64,000 bases of DNA from an uncultured Flavobacteriales bacterium (GCA_905478185.1 CAJQHO010000013.1:9666-73665), one strand, 5' to 3'; positions 1 to 10,321 are shown, counted from the first letter of the stretch. Program-made: numbers and translations. Notes: generated by a model not told the origin, from the sequence alone.

Positions 1-339
1 AAACCAAGTTTTATTAGTTCGATTGATAAAATAAATAGAGTCTGGAGTAAGTTGAGCTCTGAACACTTCAATACCAAAAGGAGCACTGATATTAAGCCAA
101 ATAATACTGTCTTTTCTGTTTTTTACAGAAACATTAAGAGTTACATTTTGATCCTTATTTTTTAAATTAATTTTTCCTTTTAAGTACAGCCATTCAGGAT
201 AATTATTTTTTGCATTTACTCTCGCTATTAACTCTTTATCATTTTGAGGAGGAACTGAAAAATAAACTTTATCAACCTTTTTTAACCCACAAGAATGAAG
301 CAGTAAAGAAATAATTAAAAGAGTGTAAATCTTATTCAT
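1..339 (-). CDS. DUF4292-like (LolB-like) lipoprotein, partial; the C-terminus lies beyond the window edge
   Basis: Own translation of the minus strand from the ATG at 339..337: MNKIYTLLIISLLLHSCGLKK..., with a lipobox (LHSC). It continues ...KNRKDSIIWLNISAPFGIEVFRAQLTPDSIYFINRTNKTWF, resembling the conserved DUF4292 core. The frame is open to position 1. It overlaps the stop of the upstream TPR gene by 8 nt. Absent from the ORF track because it is truncated. Confidence 0.55.
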   Translation of the reverse strand, partial: MNKIYTLLIISLLLHSCGLKKVDKVYFSVPPQNDKELIARVNAKNNYPEWLYLKGKINLKNKDQNVTLNVSVKNRKDSIIWLNISAPFGIEVFRAQLTPDSIYFINRTNKTWF

Positions 340-2074
340 AGAGCTTCCCTTCTGTGATTTTTTTAGATAATTCTTTAGATCCATCACCTAATTCCTTAGC
401 TCTTTTCCATTGCTCAACTGCCAACGTAACTTCACCTAATTTGTAAAGAATATCACCATAATGTTCAACAACAACTGCACTTTTATCACCGCCATTTGTA
501 AGCGATTTTTGCATCCATATTTTTGCATCTTCATAATCTCCCATCTCGTACAAAATCCAAGCGTATGTATCTTGATAAGTTCCGTTATTTTGCTCCAATT
601 CATTGCACTTAAATGACATTGCTTTTGCTCTTTCAAGGTTTACTTTTCTAACAGAAAGATAGTATGCGTAATTATTTAAGACCAATATATTGTTAGAATC
701 AACAGCTAATACTTTTTCATAAAACGTATCTGACAATTTATGAGCTTTAGTTGCATGATAAACATCAGCTAATGAAGAGTAAAATTCTAATAATAAATTC
801 TGATTATCAATTACAAACTCAACTCCCATTTCAAGTGAATTAATAGCATCATCATAATTTTTAAACCTCTTATTAGAAACACCATTAAAGTAATAAAACA
901 GTGGATCAGTTGGGAAATACTCTAGAGCCTCATTACTGGTCTTAAGCAATCCCTCAAAGTCATTTTGTTCTGCTTGAATAAACAAAACTTGACTCCATAT
1001 CTGTGACTTACTTTTATCTTGTTCTAATATAGATAAATATTGCTCTTTTGCTTCTTGAAACTGATTATCGGTATACAATATATCAGCATAAACTGATCTT
1101 GCTTTTATATCATTAGGGTGGACTGAAATCATAATTTTAGAAAGTTCATGAGCTTGTAAACTCATCTCAGGATTTAGTGCTATTAATTGATAATAAGAAA
1201 TTAAAATTCTAACCTTGGTATCAATATTTAATTTTGTACTTTTGAAAGCAAGTTTTAGCTCATTATAAGAAGTTTCATTTTCTCCATTTTCCCTATAGTA
1301 ATCAGCTAGGGTAAGGTGGATTCTTCCATTTTCAGGTGCTAAAACTGCTATCTTCTTAAATAGTTCAAAAGCTTTCTCTTTTTCATCATTAAGTAAATAC
1401 AATTCGGATAAAATCTCCATTGCCTCAATATCATCAGGGAAAGCATTAAGTATAGATTGCAACTCCTTAATTGCTCCTTTCATATTGTTAATTTCCCTAT
1501 ACAATTTATGTTTTTGCATAGAAATTACTTTATCAACTCCCTTATGTTTTTCTAGCTCATCATATACTGCAATTGCTTTCTCAAAATCATTTGCGTAAAT
1601 ATAGGTATCTGAAAGCATAAAATAAAACTCCTCATTCCCAGGCTCCAAAGCAATTAATTTCTTGTATTTTATTGCGGCATTTTTAAAATCTTGGTTTGAA
1701 AATAAAATCTCAGCATAAGCTATAACAAACCATCTGTTATCTTTTTCAATTGCAACTGCCTTTTTAATCTGTTCAGTTGCTAAATCAAAATTTCCGTGCT
1801 CTTTATTGATAACTGCTGATTCATAAAAAGGAACTGCTTGGCTATCATCTAACTTTATACATTTTTGAAAAAACTTTAGTGACTCATCAAAGTTCTCTAA
1901 TGATTTTGCTTTTAAAGCATTAAACAAATATTGATTAAAAAGAAAGTTGTCTTTTTCCTGATTCTGTTCTTTTACTCCCTTTTTGCTTTCATTTGTTTCA
2001 GGGTAATACGATTTCCATTGCGCAAAGGTTGGCGCACTAATCAAATAAAATAATATGAAAAAAAGTTTTTTCAT
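332..2074 (-). CDS. Secreted tetratricopeptide-repeat (TPR) protein
   Basis: 580-aa ORF with an N-terminal signal peptide (MKKLFFILFYLISAPTFAQ). Repeated 34-aa A/Y/F-rich helical repeats (..A...Y.KAL..DP.N..) run throughout. Confidence 0.8.
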   Translation of the reverse strand: MKKLFFILFYLISAPTFAQWKSYYPETNESKKGVKEQNQEKDNFLFNQYLFNALKAKSLENFDESLKFFQKCIKLDDSQAVPFYESAVINKEHGNFDLATEQIKKAVAIEKDNRWFVIAYAEILFSNQDFKNAAIKYKKLIALEPGNEEFYFMLSDTYIYANDFEKAIAVYDELEKHKGVDKVISMQKHKLYREINNMKGAIKELQSILNAFPDDIEAMEILSELYLLNDEKEKAFELFKKIAVLAPENGRIHLTLADYYRENGENETSYNELKLAFKSTKLNIDTKVRILISYYQLIALNPEMSLQAHELSKIMISVHPNDIKARSVYADILYTDNQFQEAKEQYLSILEQDKSKSQIWSQVLFIQAEQNDFEGLLKTSNEALEYFPTDPLFYYFNGVSNKRFKNYDDAINSLEMGVEFVIDNQNLLLEFYSSLADVYHATKAHKLSDTFYEKVLAVDSNNILVLNNYAYYLSVRKVNLERAKAMSFKCNELEQNNGTYQDTYAWILYEMGDYEDAKIWMQKSLTNGGDKSAVVVEHYGDILYKLGEVTLAVEQWKRAKELGDGSKELSKKITEGKLYE

Positions 2075-2509
2075 CTACTTAACTCCAGTGCTTCCAAACC
2101 CTCCAGCACCTCTTTCTGTTTCATCTAAAGTTTCCACTTCAACCCAATCAGCTTGTCCGTGTTTTGCAATTACCATTTGCGCAATTCTTTCACCATCCTC
2201 AATTACAAATTCTTCTGCTGATAAATTTACTAGAATCACTCCAACTTCTCCTCTATAATCAGCATCAACTGTTCCAGGAGAGTTTAAAACAGTAATGCCT
2301 TTTTTAAATGCCAAACCACTTCTTGGGCGAACTTGTGCTTCAAACCCTACAGGCAATTCCATAAAAATTCCTGTCTTAACAATTGTTCTTTCTAGTGGCT
2401 TTAAAGATATTGATTCATCAATATTAGCTCTTAAATCCATTCCTGCTGATGCAATTGTTGAGTAATGTGGAAGGGAATGTTTTGATTTATTTACAACTTT
2501 TACTTTCAT
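2075..2509 (-). CDS. dut: dUTP diphosphatase
   Basis: 144 aa with classic dUTPase motifs: [44 protein letters not shown]. Confidence 0.95.
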   Translation of the reverse strand: MKVKVVNKSKHSLPHYSTIASAGMDLRANIDESISLKPLERTIVKTGIFMELPVGFEAQVRPRSGLAFKKGITVLNSPGTVDADYRGEVGVILVNLSAEEFVIEDGERIAQMVIAKHGQADWVEVETLDETERGAGGFGSTGVK

Positions 2510-3909
2510 GATTTTTGAATAGTTTTTGGTTTTTCTAAAAGATATACAAATATGATAAATCCAAGTAATAATAAGGAATTAAACAAAATGTTTTCTGGCA
2601 CAAAATAGATAAAGAAATAAATTCCGAACATATTAAAGAGGTAAAGACCAATTCTCTCAACTTGATAAGGAATAGGGAAATGTTTCCTTCCAATATAATA
2701 AGAAGCAACAGTCATACTAAAATAACAAATTAAAGTTGCCCATGCAGAGCCAACAAATCCAATTTTTGGAATTAAAATAAAGTTAAGAATAAGAGTTATT
2801 ATCGCCCCAAAAAGAGAGAGATAAGCTCCATACTTAGTTTTTTCAGTAAGCTTATACCAAATTGAAAGGTTATAATAAATTCCTAAAAAAAGATTGGCTA
2901 ATAACAAAATTGACACGACTAAAAAACCTCTTTCATCATGATAATCACTTCCTAAAAACCCTTTTATAATATCATAAAAAATAGTAACTCCTAAAAATAT
3001 AACCGACATAATGATGGTAAAATATTTCATTACATCAGCATATACTGTTTTGCTATTCTTATTATTAGCTTGAGCAAAAAAGAATGGCTCTGCCGCAAAC
3101 CTGAAAGTCTGAATAAACAAAGTCATTAGTATTGAAAGCTTATAAAAGGCACCATATAAACCCAATTCTGTTGCCGATATTTCAGGGTGAGGTAGTAAAT
3201 GTTTTAATAGTATTCTATCAATTGTTTCGTTTGTAATTCCTGCTAATCCGGCAATTAAAAGAGGAAGTGCATATACCCTCATTTTATTCCAAAGTTTTTT
3301 ATCAAACACCCAGACTGACTTTAGCATCTCAGGAAGCAGTAAAAGAATAGTTACTACTGATGTAATAAGATTTGAGATAAAAATATATTCTATGCCAAAT
3401 TCTTTGTAAACAATAAAATAAAGGTTAAACCCAATATTTACAAAAATGTTAAGCAAGCGAATAGAGGCAAATCTTAATGCTTTGTTTTGCTCTCTTAAAC
3501 TTGCAAATGAAATGGAGGAAATTGCATCCAAAGCAACAATAATTGCAAACCATTCAATGTATTTGGTTTCGATTCCATAGCCCATTAAATTAGAAATTGA
3601 ATCAGAAGATAAAAAAGCTAACAAAACAAAAAGAGCAGAAGAAATTAGTAGGGATATTAAGGCGGTACTGTACACAACTTTTACATCATTTTCCTTTTTA
3701 GAAAATCTAAAAAAAGCAGTCTCAAAACCATAAGTAAGTACAATTACCAAAAAGGCAACATAAGCATACATTTCGGTAACAACTCCATATTCTGATGGTA
3801 AAAAATAGCGTGTATAAAGCGGAACTAAAAGGTAATTTAAAAACCTTCCTATTACACTGCTCAAACCATAAACAGCAGTCTGACTTGCTAATTTTTTAAG
3901 TGGATTCAA
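2506..3909 (-). CDS. Polysaccharide/oligosaccharide flippase family membrane protein (MOP/Wzx-like)
   Basis: 467 aa, polytopic (about 12-14 hydrophobic segments). The N-terminus [29 protein letters not shown] is typical of the polysaccharide biosynthesis protein family. Overlaps dut by 4 nt. Confidence 0.75.
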   Translation of the reverse strand: MNPLKKLASQTAVYGLSSVIGRFLNYLLVPLYTRYFLPSEYGVVTEMYAYVAFLVIVLTYGFETAFFRFSKKENDVKVVYSTALISLLISSALFVLLAFLSSDSISNLMGYGIETKYIEWFAIIVALDAISSISFASLREQNKALRFASIRLLNIFVNIGFNLYFIVYKEFGIEYIFISNLITSVVTILLLLPEMLKSVWVFDKKLWNKMRVYALPLLIAGLAGITNETIDRILLKHLLPHPEISATELGLYGAFYKLSILMTLFIQTFRFAAEPFFFAQANNKNSKTVYADVMKYFTIIMSVIFLGVTIFYDIIKGFLGSDYHDERGFLVVSILLLANLFLGIYYNLSIWYKLTEKTKYGAYLSLFGAIITLILNFILIPKIGFVGSAWATLICYFSMTVASYYIGRKHFPIPYQVERIGLYLFNMFGIYFFIYFVPENILFNSLLLLGFIIFVYLLEKPKTIQKS

Positions 3910-4683
3910 TTAAAAGTTTGCTTTTCTTTTTTCCATAAATGCAGTAGTTCCTTCAATAAACTCAGGGGTTCCAAAACAGTTTCCAAATTCTATTTTCTCT
4001 ACCTCAAAACCGTTAGTTCCATCAATAAAACCAGCATTAACTGACTTTATTGCCTTTGCGATTGCGTTAGGTGAATTTCTTTTAATTTTTGAAGCAATCT
4101 TTTCTGCAAAGGAAATCAACTCTTCCTGCTCACAAATATGATTTACCAAACCCCATTGTTTTGCATCTTCAGCAGATAACATTCCAGCAGTAGTAATCAT
4201 TTCCATTGCCTTTCCTTTTCCAACAAGGCTGGCTAGTCTTTGAGTTCCTCCATAACCTGGAATTACACCTAAAGAAACTTCTGGTAGTCCCATTTTAGAA
4301 TTTGTTGATGCAATACGCATATGGCATGACATAGCAAGTTCTAATCCTCCTCCTAAAGCAAATCCATTAATAGCTGCTATTGAAGGTGTTCCAATATTTA
4401 CTAATAAGTCAAACAATAATTCCTGACCTTTTCTAGCTAAATCCTCCCCTTCAGAAGTATTGAAAGAAGCAAATTCTTTAATATCAGCACCAGCCACAAA
4501 AGCTTTTGTATCCGATCCAGTTAAGATGATACATCTAACTTCTTTATCTGTATCTGCAGTAATAATCGCTTTATTCAGCTCAGAAATAGTTGATGCATTT
4601 AAAGAATTAAGTTGTTTTGGGCGATTGATTGTAAGGTAACAAATACCATCCTTATGCTCACTTAATATATTTTCATATTCCAT
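3910..4683 (-). CDS. Enoyl-CoA hydratase/isomerase (crotonase) family protein
   Basis: 257 aa with crotonase hallmarks: FVAGADIKEF, AAINGFALGGGLELAMSCHMRIAS, GLPEVSLGVIPGYGGTQRL. Confidence 0.9.
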   Translation of the reverse strand: MEYENILSEHKDGICYLTINRPKQLNSLNASTISELNKAIITADTDKEVRCIILTGSDTKAFVAGADIKEFASFNTSEGEDLARKGQELLFDLLVNIGTPSIAAINGFALGGGLELAMSCHMRIASTNSKMGLPEVSLGVIPGYGGTQRLASLVGKGKAMEMITTAGMLSAEDAKQWGLVNHICEQEELISFAEKIASKIKRNSPNAIAKAIKSVNAGFIDGTNGFEVEKIEFGNCFGTPEFIEGTTAFMEKRKANF

Positions 4684-4698
4684 TGTAATTGTTTTTTA

Positions 4699-4706
4699 CA
4701 AATATA
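4699..4706 (-). promoter_or_regulatory. Bacteroidota -7 promoter box (TATATTTG), 15 nt upstream of the crotonase ATG
   Basis: The minus strand reads TATATTTG, matching the TAnnTTTG consensus. It sits just downstream of the atp terminator hairpin. Confidence 0.45.
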
Positions 4707-4728
4707 GAACAATCCGACTACCTTTAAC

Positions 4729-4760
4729 AAAAAAACCCTCTTCCTAAGAAGAGGGTTTTT
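4729..4760 (-). terminator. Rho-independent terminator of the atp operon (bidirectional hairpin)
   Basis: Perfect inverted repeat aaaaaccctcttc (4731..4743) / gaagagggttttt (4748..4760) with loop ctaa. An A7 run on the plus strand gives a U-tail on the minus-strand transcript. The hairpin lies 22 nt after the atpG stop. Confidence 0.8.
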
Positions 4761-4782
4761 AACAATAATATTAAATTATTAT

Positions 4783-5646
4783 TTACCCGTTCAAAGCCTC
4801 AGCTCCTCCTACAATTTCCAGAATTTCTCCAGTAATTGCTGCTTGACGCGCTTTATTATATGTTAATGTAAGGTCTTTTTTTAATTCACTAGCATTATCA
4901 GTTGCTTTATGCATGGCAGTCATTCTTGCTCCATGTTCAGCAGCATGAGAATCTAAAATTGCTTTAAATAATTGAGTTTTTAATGATTTAGGAATCAATT
5001 CCTCAACAATTTCTTTTTTACCTGGTTCAAATATATAATCTCCAATCTGCTCTCCTTCATTAGAGGTAGTTTGAATTGGTAAATAATTTTCATTCATGAT
5101 AATTTGAGTTGCAGCATTTTTAAACTGGTTATAAACTAGTACTACTTTATCATAATTTCCATCAACAAATTTCCGCATAATATCCTCTGCAACATTAGAC
5201 ACATTTTCAAATGTTAAGTCATTAAACAAAGCATCATGTGTAGAGACAACATTAAAATCATTTTTAGTAAAATGCTCTGATGATTTTTTACCAATAGATA
5301 AAACCTCAACATTAACATTTTCAAACTCATCATTCATTAAAGCTTTTGCGCTTTTAATAATGTACGAATTGAACCCTCCACAAAGGCCTCTATTAGATGT
5401 AATTGTAACTAAAAGAACATTTTTTATAGCTCTTTCTTTTGAATAAATTCCTCCATCATCAGCATCTAAACTTGCGCTTAAATTCATTAGTAATTCTGTT
5501 AACTTATTGGCGTAAGGTCTCATTTGAGTAATAGCATCTTGAGCTCTTTTAAGTTTAGCAGCAGATACCATTTTCATAGCAGAAGTAATCTGCATAGTTG
5601 ACCCAACAGATGTAATTCTTGACCTTATTTCTTTTAAGTTAGCCAT
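4783..5646 (-). CDS. atpG: F0F1 ATP synthase subunit gamma
   Basis: 287 aa. Starts MANLKEIRSRITSVGSTMQITSAMKMVSAAKL and ends ITGEILEIVGGAEAL, both canonical for the gamma subunit. Confidence 0.97.
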   Translation of the reverse strand: MANLKEIRSRITSVGSTMQITSAMKMVSAAKLKRAQDAITQMRPYANKLTELLMNLSASLDADDGGIYSKERAIKNVLLVTITSNRGLCGGFNSYIIKSAKALMNDEFENVNVEVLSIGKKSSEHFTKNDFNVVSTHDALFNDLTFENVSNVAEDIMRKFVDGNYDKVVLVYNQFKNAATQIIMNENYLPIQTTSNEGEQIGDYIFEPGKKEIVEELIPKSLKTQLFKAILDSHAAEHGARMTAMHKATDNASELKKDLTLTYNKARQAAITGEILEIVGGAEALNG

Positions 5647-5649
5647 TTT

Positions 5650-7230
5650 TTATTTTACGTATTTTGATGATAAATCAGCAGCTACAGACTCTAAAGTTGA
5701 TTTTATTTCATCAGTTAATTTCCCTGCAGCTAAAGCATCAAGAGTGTCTTGGTGTTTAGAATGTAAGAAAGAAATGTATTCCGTTTCAAATTCTTTAATT
5801 TTATTAACAGGAACATCCGTTAATAAACCATTTGTACCACAGAAAATAATAGCAGCTTGCTCTTCAACTCTTAAAGGAGAATACTGTCCTTGCTTTAAAA
5901 TTTCAACATTACGCTTACCTTTTTCAATAACAGCATTAGTTGCCGCATCTAAATCAGAACCAAACTTAGCAAAAGCCTCTAGCTCTCTATACTGTGCTTG
6001 ATCCAACTTTAAAGTTCCTGAAATCTTTTTCATTGACTTAATCTGTGCAGCACCTCCAACTCTTGATACCGAAATACCAACATTAATTGCAGGACGAACA
6101 CCTGATAAGAAAAGATTAGATTCTAAAAAAATCTGACCGTCAGTAATTGAAATTACATTAGTCGGAATATAAGCAGATACATCACCCGCTTGAGTTTCAA
6201 TAATTGGTAAGGCTGTTAACGAACCACCACCCTTTACAATTCCTTTTAAAGAATCAGGTAAATCATTCATTTGAGCAGCAATAGTATCATCATTAATTAC
6301 TTTTGCAGCACGCTCCAATAACCTGGAATGTAAGTAAAATACATCTCCTGGGTAAGCCTCACGCCCTGGAGGCCTTCTTAATAGTAAAGATACCTCACGG
6401 TAAGCAACAGCTTGTTTTGATAAATCATCAAAAACAATAAGTGCAGGTCGACCAGTATCTCTAAAGAATTCACCAATGGCAGCACCTGCTAATGGAGCAT
6501 AAACTTGCATAGGAGCAGGGTCAGCAGCACTTGCAGAAACAATAACAGTATAAGGCAATGCTCCAGCTTTTTCTAAAGTATCTACTAAAGCAGCAATAGT
6601 AGAGGCTTTTTGCCCAACAGCTACATAGACACAAAAAACAGGCTCACCTTTTTCATAAAATTCTTTTTGATTGATAATAGTATCAACAGCTACTGCAGTT
6701 TTTCCAGTTTGTCTATCTCCAATTATTAATTCTCTTTGCCCTCTTCCTACAGGAATCATAGCATCAACTGCCTTTAATCCTGTTTGTAAAGGCTCATCAA
6801 CAGGTTGACGATAAATTACTCCTGGAGCTTTTCTTTCAATAGGCATTTCGTAAGTTTCTCCTGTAATAGGTCCTTTTCCATCAATAGGATTCCCCATACC
6901 ATCAACAACTCTACCTAACATTCCTTCACCTACTTTTAGTGAAGCAATTTTCTTAGTTCTTTTTACAGTATCTCCTTCTTTAATTCCTTTTGAAGGCCCT
7001 AATAATACCGCCCCAACATTATCTTCTTCAAGATTCAATACGATAGCTTGAATTCCATTATCAAATTCAACCAACTCTCCTGATTGAACATTAGTAAGCC
7101 CGTAAATACGAGCAATACCATCTCCAACTTGTAAAACAGTTCCTACTTCCTGTAGTTCTGCCTCAGATTTAAATCCTGATAATTGTTGTCTTAAAATTGC
7201 TGATACTTCAGCTGGTTTTACTTCTGCCAT
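5650..7230 (-). CDS. atpA: F0F1 ATP synthase subunit alpha
   Basis: 526 aa with Walker [31 protein letters not shown] and [25 protein letters not shown]. Confidence 0.98.
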   Translation of the reverse strand: MAEVKPAEVSAILRQQLSGFKSEAELQEVGTVLQVGDGIARIYGLTNVQSGELVEFDNGIQAIVLNLEEDNVGAVLLGPSKGIKEGDTVKRTKKIASLKVGEGMLGRVVDGMGNPIDGKGPITGETYEMPIERKAPGVIYRQPVDEPLQTGLKAVDAMIPVGRGQRELIIGDRQTGKTAVAVDTIINQKEFYEKGEPVFCVYVAVGQKASTIAALVDTLEKAGALPYTVIVSASAADPAPMQVYAPLAGAAIGEFFRDTGRPALIVFDDLSKQAVAYREVSLLLRRPPGREAYPGDVFYLHSRLLERAAKVINDDTIAAQMNDLPDSLKGIVKGGGSLTALPIIETQAGDVSAYIPTNVISITDGQIFLESNLFLSGVRPAINVGISVSRVGGAAQIKSMKKISGTLKLDQAQYRELEAFAKFGSDLDAATNAVIEKGKRNVEILKQGQYSPLRVEEQAAIIFCGTNGLLTDVPVNKIKEFETEYISFLHSKHQDTLDALAAGKLTDEIKSTLESVAADLSSKYVK

Positions 7231-7242
7231 TGTTTTTATTTT

Positions 7243-7800
7243 TTAGAAGTCCTGTAAATACAGGTTTTTGTTAAACATTTGTCTTAATTCTGAGATCTCG
7301 TTAGCTACACTTGTGTCTAACTGCTTATCTCCCATGCGGATAATTGCTCCTCCGATTATATTTTTATCTACTACTTCAGTAAGTTCTACTTTATTATTAC
7401 TATCAGCTTTAATAAAAGCTAAAACTTCATTCTTTAATGTTTCAGTTAAAGGAATAGCTGTTGTAACAGTAGCTGTTTCGATATTATTATGCTCCTTATA
7501 TAAACTAATAAAACTTTTAGCAATTTCTGCCAAGAAAGATTCTCTCTTTTTAGTTGTTATAATGCTCACAAACATCATACTTACCTTGCTAATTTTAGAT
7601 GCAAAAATTTCATCAAAAATTCTTAATTTATGATCTGTTTTTACAATGGGGCTCTTAAGTAATATTGAAAAGTCCTTACATTCAGAGCAAAGGGAATCAA
7701 TAAACATCATGTCATTATAAGCATCCTCTAATGAGTTTTGCTCAACAGATAACTGCAATAAAGCTTTTGCGTATCTTATGGTTACTCTTGATTGCTTCAT
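7243..7800 (-). CDS. atpH: F0F1 ATP synthase subunit delta (OSCP)
   Basis: 185 aa. N-terminus RYAKALLQLS, C-terminal GGAIIRMGDKQLDTSV, and its position between atpF and atpA. Confidence 0.9.
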   Translation of the reverse strand: MKQSRVTIRYAKALLQLSVEQNSLEDAYNDMMFIDSLCSECKDFSILLKSPIVKTDHKLRIFDEIFASKISKVSMMFVSIITTKKRESFLAEIAKSFISLYKEHNNIETATVTTAIPLTETLKNEVLAFIKADSNNKVELTEVVDKNIIGGAIIRMGDKQLDTSVANEISELRQMFNKNLYLQDF

Positions 7801-7803
7801 TAT

Positions 7804-8304
7804 CTAATTAAGTTCGGTTTCTTTTAGAGCATTTGCCACTAAATCTTCTTGTTTTTTCTTATCTGCTAATTCTGATCTTAGTACTTTTTCAGCAATATCA
7901 ATTGATAAAGTAGCTACTGTGTTTTTAAGTTCAGTCATTGCTTTCATCTTTTCATTATTTATTTGATCCTTAGCAGTAGTTAAGATTTTATCAGCTTCAG
8001 TATTTGCTAATTCTTTTGCATCATTAACAATTCCGTCTTTAATTTCTCTTGCTTCTTTTAATAAAGCATCTCTCTCAATCCTTGCTTCAGCTAAAATTCT
8101 TTCATTATCAGCATTTAATGCTTGCATCTCTGCTTTTGCTTTTTCTGCTGCCTCTAATGCATCCTTAATTCCGTCTTCACGTTCCTCAACAGCCGTCAAT
8201 ATTGGTCCCCATGCAAATTTCTTTAGCAAAAGAATTAATGCAATAAAAAGTAATGATTGCCAAAAAAATAATCCTACTGAAAAGTCGTTTATTAATTTAT
8301 CCAT
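7804..8304 (-). CDS. atpF: F0F1 ATP synthase subunit B
   Basis: 166 aa with a single N-terminal TM helix followed by a long charged coiled coil (ERE..I...L..AE.AK.E). Operon position fits. Confidence 0.9.
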   Translation of the reverse strand: MDKLINDFSVGLFFWQSLLFIALILLLKKFAWGPILTAVEEREDGIKDALEAAEKAKAEMQALNADNERILAEARIERDALLKEAREIKDGIVNDAKELANTEADKILTTAKDQINNEKMKAMTELKNTVATLSIDIAEKVLRSELADKKKQEDLVANALKETELN

Positions 8305-8339
8305 TTTTGTTTCTTTTCTGTTTAATTTTTAAAATATAA

Positions 8340-8370
8340 TCAAAACTACAAGCAACCCTTGTAGTTTTGA
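8340..8370 (-). promoter_or_regulatory. Intra-operon stem-loop between atpE and atpF (13-bp perfect stem)
   Basis: tcaaaactacaag (8340..8352), loop caacc, cttgtagttttga (8358..8370). The two arms are exact reverse complements. Confidence 0.6.
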
Positions 8371-8384
8371 TTAATTGGTTTGTT

Positions 8385-8576
8385 TTACAGTGCAAATAAA
8401 GCTGCAAAACCAATACCCTCAATAAGTGCAGCTGCAATAAGCATCACAGTTTGTATTTTACCAGTAAGCTCTGGTTGTCTCGCCATTGCTTCCAATGCCG
8501 AACCGCCAATTCTACCAATACCAATACCTGCTCCAATTACAACTAAACCTCCACCTACAATTGCTGGAATTTCCAT
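8385..8576 (-). CDS. atpE: F0F1 ATP synthase subunit C
   Basis: 63 aa, a two-helix hairpin with a G-rich helix 1 (GAGIGIGRIGG), the loop ARQPE, and the carboxylate in helix 2 (AALIEGIGF). Confidence 0.95.
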   Translation of the reverse strand: MEIPAIVGGGLVVIGAGIGIGRIGGSALEAMARQPELTGKIQTVMLIAAALIEGIGFAALFAL

Positions 8577-8622
8577 AATTAATTAATTTAAATTAAACAC
8601 TCTAGTTAATATTTTATATTTT

Positions 8623-9627
8623 TTATTCATGATGATGCTCTTCTACTGCCGCACCAAAATAAAGTGCAGATAACATGGTAAATATATATGCTTGTAAGGC
8701 TGCTACTAACAGCTCTAATAATGATAATGCAAATGCCAATCCAAATGATAAAGAACTTCCGACCCATCCTTTGAAAATAAATATCATTCCTAAAATACTC
8801 ATCAACACGACATGTCCAGCGGTAATGTTCGCATATAAACGAATCATTAAAGAAAATGGCTTAATAATTGTTCCTAATAACTCGATAGGGGCTAAAATAA
8901 ATTTCATTGGAATTGGTACGCCTGGCATCCAAAAGATATGTCCCCAGTAACTCTTGTTAGCAGTAACTGTCGTTAACACATACGTAATCAATGCCAAAGA
9001 AAAGGTTACTGCAATATTGTTAGTTACATTTACTCCCAGTGGAGTTAATCCAAATAAATTAATAATCCAAATAAAGAAAAATACCGTAAGCAAGTAGCTC
9101 ATGTATTTTTTATAGTGCTTCTCTCCAATATTAGGAATAGCAATGTCGTCTCTTATATATAGGACTATTGGTTCTAACAGCCTGCCCATACCATTTGGCA
9201 AAGCATTCTTTTTATATGATTTTGCCATTCTTGTAAACATGATTAACATTATTAAAAAAACAATCATGATGAAAGTTACATTCTTAGTAATAGAAAAATC
9301 AATAGGATGTAGGCCGCTTGCCTCAATAATGTGCCCATGATCTAAAGAATAGGTTCTTCCATTTACCGTATGAGGTGTTGTTCCGTGATGAAAATTAGAG
9401 GATGAGAAAATATCCAAATTACCATCTGTATATAAAATTATCGGTAGCGAAAATGAAATGTCGTGTGTTAATACAAAATCATGCGAATCCATTAAGTGAT
9501 GCGCAATTGTTTCTTTTATCTCCGTTTTGATGTCTTTATCACCATGATTCATATGCTCTTCAGCTAAAATATTAAGGCTTGAAAAAACCGAAATTACTAT
9601 GGTGAAAATTATTGTTTTTATATTCAT
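8623..9627 (-). CDS. atpB: F0F1 ATP synthase subunit A, with a His-rich N-terminal extension
   Basis: 334 aa. The C-terminal core carries LSLMIRLYANITAGHV (essential Arg) and further TM helices. The N-terminal ~110 aa holds a signal/TM segment and 12 His by my count. Confidence 0.93.
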   Translation of the reverse strand: MNIKTIIFTIVISVFSSLNILAEEHMNHGDKDIKTEIKETIAHHLMDSHDFVLTHDISFSLPIILYTDGNLDIFSSSNFHHGTTPHTVNGRTYSLDHGHIIEASGLHPIDFSITKNVTFIMIVFLIMLIMFTRMAKSYKKNALPNGMGRLLEPIVLYIRDDIAIPNIGEKHYKKYMSYLLTVFFFIWIINLFGLTPLGVNVTNNIAVTFSLALITYVLTTVTANKSYWGHIFWMPGVPIPMKFILAPIELLGTIIKPFSLMIRLYANITAGHVVLMSILGMIFIFKGWVGSSLSFGLAFALSLLELLVAALQAYIFTMLSALYFGAAVEEHHHE

Positions 9628-9663
9628 CTTACAGGACTAGGATTGTCTTTTTTAAAATCGGTG

Positions 9664-9671
9664 CAAAAATA
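9664..9671 (-). promoter_or_regulatory. Candidate -7 promoter box (TATTTTTG), 36 nt upstream of atpB
   Basis: The minus strand reads TATTTTTG, matching TAnnTTTG. I found no clear -33 TTTG. Confidence 0.35.
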
Positions 9672-9729
9672 GATATTTATGTTAATCTAACTATTTTTTT
9701 TGCAGTAATTTTATTCTACTACAAATAAG

Positions 9730-10098
9730 TTATTTGTTAGCTGTATTTAAAAGTGAAATTAACGATTTTGTTTCTACAAATAAAGATAGTAAATAAGGGA
9801 TGAAGAAAGACATAAACTCTGTTTTAGAAACAATATCGTTCTCTTTAAAAATTGGTAACACAATCTTAAAAAAAACAATGAATTTTATAAGGGTTCCTGC
9901 TAAAAAATAAAATCCCAAATATTCTTTTTGTTTATCTCTTAATAAAAAAACCAGCCAATAAACAAAACAAGCAACAGATAAATTAAGAGCGTATAATAAA
10001 ATTAAGTGATCAAAACTTACAATATAATCGTGAATAAAATATGATCCCCCTAAAACAAAAAAAAGGTAAAAGTGAAAACTTATTAGTTGTTTATTCAT
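9730..10098 (-). CDS. Small polytopic membrane protein of the atp operon leader region (function unknown)
   Basis: 122 aa with about four hydrophobic helices. It sits between the AtpZ-like gene and atpB and overlaps the AtpZ-like stop by 8 nt. Confidence 0.55.
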   Translation of the reverse strand: MNKQLISFHFYLFFVLGGSYFIHDYIVSFDHLILLYALNLSVACFVYWLVFLLRDKQKEYLGFYFLAGTLIKFIVFFKIVLPIFKENDIVSKTEFMSFFIPYLLSLFVETKSLISLLNTANK

Positions 10099-10321
10099 TA
10101 TTAAGCTTATTTAATTGTTGTATTAAATTATACATTGAAATTATTAGAGCTAATAAAACAAACAATATAGTAAACCAGTTTTTTTCTAGATTATATTTAA
10201 TGTCCAAATATTTTCCTAGATAAGATCCTAGATAAATTGTAATTCCAATCTGAAAAGAAGCGGATGTTAAAACAAGGTATTTGTTAAGCTGTTTTTTCCT
10301 TTTTTTCTTGTTTTTCGGCAT
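10091..10321 (-). CDS. AtpZ/AtpI family protein (putative F0F1 ATPase accessory subunit)
   Basis: I place the start at the internal Met (MPKNKKKRKKQLNKYLVLTSASFQIGITIYLGSYLGKYLD...). A basic N-terminus plus two TM helices is the AtpZ pattern. The track's longer ORF (to 10414) would lie inside the bactofilin gene. Confidence 0.65.
   Translation of the reverse strand: MPKNKKKRKKQLNKYLVLTSASFQIGITIYLGSYLGKYLDIKYNLEKNWFTILFVLLALIISMYNLIQQLNKLNNE

Noticed and set aside
436-636. A 66-aa minus-strand ORF in an alternative frame inside the TPR gene
   Set aside because: It is fully contained in the 580-aa TPR ORF, whose repeat structure supports the longer frame.
5744-8586. Plus-strand ORFs antisense to atpA (5744..6001), atpH (7268..7633) and atpE (8380..8586)
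   Set aside because: These are shadow frames of highly conserved atp genes. The atpE antisense ORF simply mirrors the Gly/Ala-rich codons.
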